A stretch of DNA of 64,000 nt, taken from Terriglobia bacterium. GTDB lineage: Bacteria; Acidobacteriota; Terriglobia; Terriglobales; Acidobacteriaceae. Each line of letters starts with the position of its first letter. The first letter of the stretch is position 1. The notes below the pieces were generated by a model. It was not told the DNA's origin and searched no databases. It saw only the letters and a list, made by a program, of their open reading frames with translations. Positions 56,868 to 64,000 of the stretch are shown one piece after another. The translations under genes were made by a program, and so were the position numbers. The stretch lies in the NCBI GenBank assembly GCA_963699935.1, contig CAVOVU010000009.1, positions 77,781 through 141,780 of the forward strand, given 5' to 3'.

Positions 56868-58199
56868 ATGGCAGACGAGTCCAAGACGGGAATTCTCGGG
56901 CATCTACCGCCCTTGCCTCGACCGGCACTCAACAACTCCGTGATCGGCATGGAGCAGGCCTATCGCCAGCGCAAGGGATTGCCACTGCTGACCGAGGCCG
57001 ACATCGAGGCGCTCAGGGCCGGCCAGCCTATGCCGTGGGAGGTTGGTGGTGCGCCTGCGTCGCCCGCCCCGGCGAGCACGCCTGCCCCGGCCGCGGCAAC
57101 TCCCGCAGCGCCCGCGCCAGCCGCACCTGCGGCCGCGACGGGAACCATCAGCGAAGAAGTCGCCAAGTGGGTCGCGCAAGGAAACAAATGGAGCAAGTCC
57201 ACCATCGCCGCCGAGCAGGCGCGGCGCGGCCGCAAAGGCTTGCCGCCCCTGAATAATGCGGAAATGTCAGCCCTGCTGGGTGAACCAGTAGAAGCCAGCG
57301 CGCCTCCCGCGGCTGCCGCTGCTCCACCACCAGCGGCGGCACCCGCGGCAAGAGCTTCCAGCGGACCCATCAGCGCCGAAGTTGCCAAATGGGTGGCGGA
57401 AGGAAAAAAGTGGAGCAAGTCCACCATCGCCGCTGAGCAGGCGCGCCGTGGCCGCAAGAGCTTGCCTGCCCTGACTGATGCGGAAGTGGCCGCCCTGCTG
57501 GGAGAACCTGCGGCAGCAGAGGCACCGGCAGCCGCTGCGGTTGCGGCACCCGTGGCCAGGCCAGCTGCCTCAGTGCCTCGCCCCGCCGCCGGTCCACCCT
57601 CAGCTGCAGCCACCGTTGGTCGTGGCGAGAGTTCGAACACCTACGTTGGCACGCCCGCCGTCGGAACTTCGAGGGCGGCGGCGTCCGCGGGCGTGGCCTC
57701 GGTCGGGCCGGACGACAACGATATCAATCAATCGCGCCGGCGCTTTGCCTGGGCCGCATTCGCGGCCTTCATGACCGCCTGGTTCATCGCTTTCTTCCGT
57801 TTCTTTCTGCCGCGCACCCTTTTCGAGCCGGCCACTTCATTCAAGATCGGCTATCCCGCCGACTTCGGTTTGGGTGTGGATACCAAGTTTCAGCAGAAGT
57901 TCCGCATCTGGGTGGACCGCACGCCCGACCGCATTTTCGTGATCTACGCCCGCTGCACTCATCTCGGCTGTACTCCCGACTGGAAGCCGGCCGAGAACAA
58001 GTTCAAATGCCCTTGCCACGGTAGCGGGTATGACAGCGAAGGCATCAATTTTGAGGGACCGGCGCCGCGTCCCATGGATAGAGCCAAGGTGGAAATTGCG
58101 CCCGACGGCCAGATTCTGGTGGATGTTTCCAAGCTGTACCAATGGCCCAAGGGACAGCCCACCCACTTCAATGATCCGGGGGCGTTTCTGCCAACCTAG
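56868..58199 (+). CDS. Rieske [2Fe-2S] subunit of a cytochrome bc-type complex, with a ~300-aa Ala/Pro-rich repeat-containing N-terminal extension
   Basis: CTHLGCTPDW...CPCHGSGYD Rieske boxes at the C-terminus. TM helix FAWAAFAAFMTAWFIAFF. A 222-bp tandem duplication (57141-57290 and 57363-57512). Confidence 0.85.
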   Translation: MADESKTGILGHLPPLPRPALNNSVIGMEQAYRQRKGLPLLTEADIEALRAGQPMPWEVGGAPASPAPASTPAPAAATPAAPAPAAPAAATGTISEEVAKWVAQGNKWSKSTIAAEQARRGRKGLPPLNNAEMSALLGEPVEASAPPAAAAAPPPAAAPAARASSGPISAEVAKWVAEGKKWSKSTIAAEQARRGRKSLPALTDAEVAALLGEPAAAEAPAAAAVAAPVARPAASVPRPAAGPPSAAATVGRGESSNTYVGTPAVGTSRAAASAGVASVGPDDNDINQSRRRFAWAAFAAFMTAWFIAFFRFFLPRTLFEPATSFKIGYPADFGLGVDTKFQQKFRIWVDRTPDRIFVIYARCTHLGCTPDWKPAENKFKCPCHGSGYDSEGINFEGPAPRPMDRAKVEIAPDGQILVDVSKLYQWPKGQPTHFNDPGAFLPT

Positions 58200-58270
58200 A
58201 AAACTGTCGAGCTTCGCTCGGCTGGGCAGGTGAGGACACCTGCCCCTACACGAGATCACAAGAGGTTTAC

Positions 58271-59194
58271 ATGCCTGAAGAGAACGGAAACGGGAACAAC
58301 GGGAAGCGGGTCAGCATGCTGGAACGGGTGAAGGCGGGCGTCAAGGAAGACGTCCAGTCGCTCAAGACTGATATGCCCGCCAAGGCCAAGGAGCAGATCG
58401 AAGGCCTGAAAGATCCCACCAAGACCCAGGTCTATACTTCGATCTTCCGCCACAAGCATGACGACACCCCCCGCAACCGGGCTCTGGGCGTGCTCTCGAA
58501 CGTGTTCCTGCACCTGCATCCCGCCAAGATCAACCGCGATGCCGTGCGCTACAGCTACACCTGGGGCATGGGCGGAATCACCTTCTACCTCTTTATCGTG
58601 CTCACGCTCACCGGCGTGATGCTGATGTTTTACTACCATCCCAGCAAGGTGCAGGCCTTCCGCGACGTGTTGTATCTCGAGCACGACGTGCCTTTCGGCA
58701 AGCTGTTGCGCAATATGCACCGCTGGGCGGCGCACTTGATGGTGATCGCGGTCTGGCTGCACATGTTCCGCGTCTTCCTTACCGGGTCTTATAAAAAGCC
58801 CCGCGAATTTAACTGGAACATTGGCGTGCTGCTGCTGGTGTTTACCCTGCTGCTGTCGTTCACCGGCTACCTGCTGCCCGACGATCAGCTGGGATTCTGG
58901 GCAGTCACGGTGGGAACGAACATGGCGCGGGCCACGCCGGGCCTGGGAAATGAAGGTCCGTTCGGCTCCATGTTGGGGATGACCCCCTACAACGACGTCC
59001 GCTTCGGACTGCTGGGCGGTTCGATCGTGGACGCGAACGCGCTGCTGCGATCCTACATCTGGCATTGCATCGGGATTCCAATTGTGGCCTCGGTGCTGAT
59101 GATCGTGCACTTCTGGCGGGTACGCAAAGACGGCGGAATTTCTGGGCCGGCAGCGGTGATGCTGGCGTCAGAAGTAAAAGAACCGAAGAAGTAA
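58271..59194 (+). CDS. Cytochrome b, N-terminal (b6-like) subunit
   Basis: Four-helix core with His ligands (HRWAAHLMVIAVWLHMFRVF). FTGYLLPDDQLGFWA motif. Confidence 0.85.
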   Translation: MPEENGNGNNGKRVSMLERVKAGVKEDVQSLKTDMPAKAKEQIEGLKDPTKTQVYTSIFRHKHDDTPRNRALGVLSNVFLHLHPAKINRDAVRYSYTWGMGGITFYLFIVLTLTGVMLMFYYHPSKVQAFRDVLYLEHDVPFGKLLRNMHRWAAHLMVIAVWLHMFRVFLTGSYKKPREFNWNIGVLLLVFTLLLSFTGYLLPDDQLGFWAVTVGTNMARATPGLGNEGPFGSMLGMTPYNDVRFGLLGGSIVDANALLRSYIWHCIGIPIVASVLMIVHFWRVRKDGGISGPAAVMLASEVKEPKK

Positions 59195-59359
59195 GACGAG
59201 ATTGTGTAGGGACGGGTCGGAGCCTGCCCTGAGCGAAGTCGAAGGGACCCGTCAAGGCCGAGCGCAGCTCGGCTAGATTTGTGGGCCGGCAAGAACCTGT
59301 CGAGCTTCGCTCGACTAGGACGGGTCAGAGATCCGTCCCACAAAGGCTCGGGAGTTCTT

Positions 59360-60289
59360 ATGGATTGGCGGCAACTTTGGGAGATATGTTCGGCGCCTGA
59401 CAACGTGCCCATCGTCGGGCTGATTCCGCTGCTCGTTTTCTACATTTACCTGGCGTGGACGCAGGCCAAGGCCAACGATGAACTGATCGGCCAACTGGAA
59501 ACCAATCCGGCGATGGCCAAGACCCACCATCGCAAGAGCTGGCCTTTCCGCCCCGGCTGGCAGAAGGAGATCCATGTCTGGCCCTTCCTGCTCCGCATCG
59601 AGTTCCTGGCCGCCATGATCGTCACCATCATTCTTATGGTGTGGTCGATCACGTTGAACGCGCCGCTCGAAGAGCCGGCCAATCCCAACCTGACCATGAA
59701 TCCGGCGAAGGCTCCCTGGTATTTCCTGGGGCTGCAGGAAATGCTGGTCTATTTCGATCCCTGGATTGCGGGCGTCGTCATGCCCACTTTGATTATTGTT
59801 GGCCTGATGGCAATTCCTTACATCGACACCAATCCGCTGGGCAGCGGCTACTACACCTGGAAGCAGCGCAAATTTTCCATCAGCACCTTCCTGTTCGGCT
59901 TCATCATCCTCTGGATCGCGATGATCATCATCGGGACCTTCATCCGCGGCCCGGGATGGCAATGGTTCTGGCCGGGCCAGACCTGGGACCACAACCGGCT
60001 TATATATGAAGTGAACCGCGATCTGCCCGACCTGTTTGGAATTACTTCCAACCTGGGTAAAGCGATTTTCGGCGGCATCGTGGTAGGAGGGTTTTACGCC
60101 ATAGGCGGCTTCATCATGCACGCCCTGTTCCGGCGCTACAACCCGAAAGATTACAAGCGCATGAGCCTGCTGCAGTATTCCATCATGATGTTTTTCGTGC
60201 TCAGCATGGTGGCCCTGCCCGCGAAAATGCTCCTGCGCCTGGCATGGCATATCAAGTACGTGTGGATAACGCCGTGGTTTAACGTGTGA
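59360..60289 (+). CDS. Cytochrome b C-terminal / subunit IV-like membrane subunit (enlarged, 309 aa)
   Basis: PAKAPWYFLGLQEML (PEWYF-type motif) and multiple TM helices. Confidence 0.75.
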   Translation: MDWRQLWEICSAPDNVPIVGLIPLLVFYIYLAWTQAKANDELIGQLETNPAMAKTHHRKSWPFRPGWQKEIHVWPFLLRIEFLAAMIVTIILMVWSITLNAPLEEPANPNLTMNPAKAPWYFLGLQEMLVYFDPWIAGVVMPTLIIVGLMAIPYIDTNPLGSGYYTWKQRKFSISTFLFGFIILWIAMIIIGTFIRGPGWQWFWPGQTWDHNRLIYEVNRDLPDLFGITSNLGKAIFGGIVVGGFYAIGGFIMHALFRRYNPKDYKRMSLLQYSIMMFFVLSMVALPAKMLLRLAWHIKYVWITPWFNV

Positions 60290-60304
60290 GGGCAGTCGTC
60301 GGTC

Positions 60305-60374
60305 GTCAGTCGTCGGTCCTCAGCCCACCGAGCGACTCTTGATCTTTGCTGACGACTGAGGACCGACGACTGAC
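60305..60374. repeat. Strong intercistronic hairpin
   Basis: Perfect 19-bp stem gtcagtcgtcggtcctcag/ctgaggaccgacgactgac with a 32-nt loop, between the subunit IV stop and the cytochrome c start. Confidence 0.75.
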
Positions 60375-60395
60375 GACTGACTTTGGAGGATCTAG

Positions 60396-63300
60396 GTGCC
60401 ACCTGTCCCCGAGAAGGACCCGATTGTAAGCAAGTCTTACGCGGCGTATTACGTCATCGCCATGATGATCCTCATGGTGACGCTGTTCTGGGCCTTGTGG
60501 GACGAGTCCTTCGGGCAGCGTCCATGGAAAGCCTTTCAGCATGAATGGAAGGACCGCTACAGCGCTTTCCTGAACAGCGCGCGGTCGAAGTCGTCAAAAT
60601 CAGAAAAGGATGTCGAGCAGGATCCGCAGTACCAGAAGCTGGAACAGGCCTACAAGGACGCCTACGAGACCGCCAAGCCCCGCCGCGACGAGTTGCAAAA
60701 GCAGATCTCCGATCTGAGCGCAAAGATTCTCGCCGTCCAGAACGTCTTCACCGATCGCCGCGCCTACGTCAATGCCCTCACCTACGAACTGGAGACCTCG
60801 ACCAGCGCCTCCGGCAAAAAGAGCAAGCAAGAGGACATCGACGATTACAAAAAGAGGAAAGCCACAGTCGAATTTCCCGACGGCCACCGACAGCAATACA
60901 ACTTCCAGGAACTGGAAGAGACTTACAACTCGCTTAAGGCGGAGCGCACCAAGATAAGCGCCGAACTGGGCGAAGTGCTGAAGCCTGTCACTGAGGCCAG
61001 CAACCAGGCCTCGGCCTACATTTCAGACCACATGGTGGAACTCACGCCCACACAGATTGACGGTTTGAAAAAGAAGGCCACGGATTGGGACGCCCAGATT
61101 GTGCAGATCAACGTGCCCGAAGCCAACATCGTGGACCGTTGCGAGTCCTGCCACATGAACGCGCGCGAGCCCATCCGGGTCACGGCCGCGGTCATGACCC
61201 TCAAGGGCGAGAAGAAGCCGGATGAGTATGCTCAGGCATTCACCAGCCATCCCGATCCGGAATTGCTGAAGACGCATGATCCCGACAAGTTCGGTTGCTC
61301 CCCCTGCCACCAGGGCAATGGCCGGGCGACCACCAGCATGGAGAAGGCCCACGGCAACTACGAGCACTGGCTGTGGCCGCTGTTTCCCAAACAGAATGCC
61401 GAAGCCGGCTGCCAGACCTGCCATGCCGCCGATATGCACCTGGCGGTCGGCGATGTAGGCGCGCACATCTCCAACGGCAAATTCCTTTTCCGCCAGCGTG
61501 GCTGCATGGGTTGCCATCGCTACGAGGGTTACGACAAGGAACCGGAAGACCTGATCTCGATCGCGCAGCAGATGAAGCTGTTTGACCAGCAGAAGATCGA
61601 CAATTCAAAAACATCCGCGGACCTGATGAAGCAGGCCGACGCGGCCTCGAGCAACGACGAAGCCAACCGGCTGAACCAGGAGGCGGTGGCGCTCAGGGTT
61701 TCTAACAGCAAGATCGACGGCCGTATCCAGCAGCTTGATTTCCAGACCCACAGCCTGATGCAGGACATCAAGAAAATCGGCCCCAACCTGAAAGACGTCC
61801 GCCTGAAACTGAATCGTAACTGGATTCCGGTGTGGCTCAAGAAGCCAACCGATTTCCGGCCGACCACCAAGATGCCGAATTTCCGTCTGACCGATCATCA
61901 GATTCAGACCATCTCGGCGTATCTGTGGCAATCCGGTTTCACCGACGCGCTGCCCAAGCAGAAGCCGGGCAACGCTGAGCACGGCAAGCAGCTGTTCGAG
62001 ACCCGCGGATGCCTGGCCTGCCACTCCATCGGTGAAGGTGATCAAATGCAGGGCGGAACGTTCGCCGCCAATCTGAGCCGGGTGGGCGAAAAGGCCAACT
62101 ACGATTACCTGGTCCGCTGGATCCACAATGCGCGCGAGCGCACGCGTCCTTATTGTCCGTACGAGAAGAAGGACATCGGCCCCGAGGACTACGCCAGGAA
62201 GGGTTTGCCTTACCAGTTTGACCTGCAGCACAGCCGCTGCCCCAACGACGGGCACGAACTGCAGGTGCAGAACATGACCGTGATGCCCAGCCTTCGCCTG
62301 AGCGAAGAAGACGCCCAGGACATCGCCACCTATCTCATGGGGGAGAAGAAAGAAGAACCCTCCGCGTATGCCGCGGCTTCCTACATGGACGATCCCGAAC
62401 TCAAGGAAGAGGGCAAGACGTGGATTCGGCACTACGGCTGCGCCGGCTGCCACGAGATCTCAGGCTTCGAAGATGAAGGCCGCATCGGCACCGAGCTGAC
62501 CTACGAAGGCAGCAAGCCCATCGAACGTCTGGATTTTGCTCTCTTCACCAATATCGCGGAACGCGGTGGCAAGAACGCCGAACCGATCACCGATCCCGAA
62601 GACCTGGCGCGCCTGCCCGAAGGGCCCGCCAAGGGACCGTGGTACGACCACAAGGGCTTCTTCGAGCATAAGCTCGCCGAACCGAACGTGTATGACAAGG
62701 GCAAGGTCAAGTCCGAGACCGAAGCCCTGCGCATGCCCAACCTGCATCTCTCCAAGTTGGAGATCCAGGACCTCACCACTTTCCTGATGGGAAGTGAAGA
62801 AAGTTCCCTGCCCGACAGCTACCAGTACAAGCCCGGCGATGCCCGCAAGGATATTCAGGACGGCTGGTGGATTGTCCGCAAGTACAACTGCATCGGCTGC
62901 CACCAGTTCACTCCCGATCAGGGCACGGTCCTGATGGGTATGAAGCACTATCAGGACATACAGGAGCAGTTGCCTCCGAAGCTGCTGACGGAAGGGGCGC
63001 GCGTCGATCCCGAGTGGCTGCGGAAATTCCTCTCCAACCCGGCGCTGAGCACAACCGACACCAACCGCAACGGGGTGCGGCCATACCTGCAAGTGCGTAT
63101 GCCGACGTTCTCCTTCTCGGATAATGAGCTGCGCAAGCTGGTGCGCTTCTTCCAGGCGCTGTCGCAGCAGCCCATGCCCTACATTCCGGAGCAGGTGCCA
63201 GTGCTGAGCACGAAGGAAACCGACATGGCCCGCAGCCTGTTCTCGAGCACGGCGGCGCCCTGCCTGAAGTGCCACGCCACCGGCGATCCGCAGCATGACA

Positions 63301-63653
63301 GGATCGCCACCGCGCCCAACTTCCTGCTGGCCAAAGAACGCCTGAAGCCGGACTGGGCCGAGCGCTGGATCCTGGATCCGCAGGCCATCAGCCCGGGTAC
63401 CGCCATGCCCTCTGGTTTGTTCAAGCGGGAGAACAATCACTGGGTCTTCTCCGGTCCGACTCCATCTTCTTTCCAGGGATACGACAAAGACCACAGCAAA
63501 CTGCTGGTGGACTACATATTCCAGCTCACGGCGGAGGAACAGCGGCGGGTTGCTGCCTCCATGGGACACAGCCAGGCTTCGGCGCAGCCGCGCAGCAAGC
63601 AGAAACAGGCGGCAGTTCGCTCCGGTGCGGCAAGCATCGGAGGTTCGCGGTAG
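60396..63653 (+). CDS. Membrane-anchored octaheme c-type cytochrome (1085 aa)
   Basis: Eight CxxCH motifs (CESCH, CSPCH, CQTCH, CMGCH, CLACH, CAGCH, CIGCH, CLKCH). N-terminal TM helix, then a Lys/Glu/Gln-rich coiled-coil-like stretch. GGAGGA lies upstream of the GTG start. Confidence 0.85.
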   Translation: MPPVPEKDPIVSKSYAAYYVIAMMILMVTLFWALWDESFGQRPWKAFQHEWKDRYSAFLNSARSKSSKSEKDVEQDPQYQKLEQAYKDAYETAKPRRDELQKQISDLSAKILAVQNVFTDRRAYVNALTYELETSTSASGKKSKQEDIDDYKKRKATVEFPDGHRQQYNFQELEETYNSLKAERTKISAELGEVLKPVTEASNQASAYISDHMVELTPTQIDGLKKKATDWDAQIVQINVPEANIVDRCESCHMNAREPIRVTAAVMTLKGEKKPDEYAQAFTSHPDPELLKTHDPDKFGCSPCHQGNGRATTSMEKAHGNYEHWLWPLFPKQNAEAGCQTCHAADMHLAVGDVGAHISNGKFLFRQRGCMGCHRYEGYDKEPEDLISIAQQMKLFDQQKIDNSKTSADLMKQADAASSNDEANRLNQEAVALRVSNSKIDGRIQQLDFQTHSLMQDIKKIGPNLKDVRLKLNRNWIPVWLKKPTDFRPTTKMPNFRLTDHQIQTISAYLWQSGFTDALPKQKPGNAEHGKQLFETRGCLACHSIGEGDQMQGGTFAANLSRVGEKANYDYLVRWIHNARERTRPYCPYEKKDIGPEDYARKGLPYQFDLQHSRCPNDGHELQVQNMTVMPSLRLSEEDAQDIATYLMGEKKEEPSAYAAASYMDDPELKEEGKTWIRHYGCAGCHEISGFEDEGRIGTELTYEGSKPIERLDFALFTNIAERGGKNAEPITDPEDLARLPEGPAKGPWYDHKGFFEHKLAEPNVYDKGKVKSETEALRMPNLHLSKLEIQDLTTFLMGSEESSLPDSYQYKPGDARKDIQDGWWIVRKYNCIGCHQFTPDQGTVLMGMKHYQDIQEQLPPKLLTEGARVDPEWLRKFLSNPALSTTDTNRNGVRPYLQVRMPTFSFSDNELRKLVRFFQALSQQPMPYIPEQVPVLSTKETDMARSLFSSTAAPCLKCHATGDPQHDRIATAPNFLLAKERLKPDWAERWILDPQAISPGTAMPSGLFKRENNHWVFSGPTPSSFQGYDKDHSKLLVDYIFQLTAEEQRRVAASMGHSQASAQPRSKQKQAAVRSGAASIGGSR

Positions 63654-63672
63654 AATGTTCTGTTTTGACACC

Positions 63673-63757
63673 CGTCGTTGGTCCTTGGCCCTTGGTCGTT
63701 GGCCTCTAACCATGGGCATCGATTTTAGCCAAGGACCAAAGACCAACGACCAACGAC
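63673..63757. repeat. Imperfect long hairpin built from ggtcgtt/ggtcctt units
   Basis: The arm cgtcgttggtccttggcccttggtcgttggc pairs with gccaaggaccaaagaccaacgaccaacgacg at 27 of 31 positions. Confidence 0.6.
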
Positions 63758-63793
63758 GCTTCTAAGACTTACACCTGACGAAAGGGCGACATA

Positions 63794-64000
63794 ATGAATA
63801 AGAAACTATGGGCGGCAATGTTTGTTCTTGGCCTGCTGGCTTTGCTGGCGGGCTGCAGCAAGAAAGAAAACACCAACGAGGAGCAGACCACCTCGCCGAG
63901 TTCTGAAATGAAGCCGTCAGCCACCGCAACGCCGATCGATCCCGCGACTGCGGCCAGTGTGAGCGGCACCGTCACTTTCGGCGGAGCAGCACCCAAGGCG
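63794..64000 (+). CDS. Lipoprotein, 3' end outside the window
   Basis: MNKKLWAAMFVLGLLALLAGC lipobox. The frame is open to the window end. A beta-sandwich-like stretch, SVSGTVTFGGAAPKA, begins at the end. Confidence 0.5.
   Translation, partial: MNKKLWAAMFVLGLLALLAGCSKKENTNEEQTTSPSSEMKPSATATPIDPATAASVSGTVTFGGAAPKA

Overview
This is a 64 kb chromosomal segment of roughly 60% GC. By inference it comes from an Acidobacteriota (Terriglobia-like) genome. The clues are two large TonB-dependent receptors with carboxypeptidase-regulatory N-termini, ECF sigma/anti-sigma pairs, and many GC-rich palindromic intergenic repeats.

I call about 66 protein-coding loci and two tRNAs (Asp-GUC and Val-UAC). I found no rRNA, CRISPR array, transposase, integrase or phage genes.

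Gene content from left to right:
- A PQQ sugar dehydrogenase, and a sugar-acid catabolic cluster (MFS transporter, L-rhamnonate-dehydratase-like enzyme, FAH/GguC-like enzyme, HIBADH-like enzyme).
- A GH39 glycosidase and a two-subunit molybdopterin aldehyde oxidase.
- A tight minus-strand block: haloalkane dehalogenase, MoaD, small ORF, nucleotidyltransferase, PanE.
- A decayed BNR/MoaD pair.
- Stress and detoxification genes (DUF899, DoxX, VOC, YciI plus sigma factor, Qor, ArsR/VOC/SRPBCC/DUF4256).
- A repeat lipoprotein.
- An ECF sigma, anti-sigma and TonB-receptor locus.
- A lower-GC Xre(DUF2384)-RES toxin-antitoxin islet at tRNA-Val.
- A second TonB-dependent receptor, then ChbG, PilZ and BshA, a LytS-type kinase and thrC.
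- Housekeeping genes (nrdR, an isocitrate dehydrogenase-family gene (IDH), hemH).
- A Rieske/cytochrome b/subunit IV cluster followed by a 1085-aa octaheme cytochrome c.

Main observations:
1. About 20 one-nucleotide reading-frame breaks occur in at least 13 genes, all left of 48.6 kb. They are either assembly indels or real decay.
2. A ~135-bp MITE-like palindromic element is present in three copies, plus one diverged relative.
3. One repeat element is nested inside another.
4. The Rieske protein has a ~300-aa N-terminal extension containing a 222-bp tandem duplication.
5. Every cistron junction of the bc cluster carries a strong hairpin.

I did not find an unambiguous new multi-gene system. 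All functional calls come from recognising motifs by eye, and no database search was possible.
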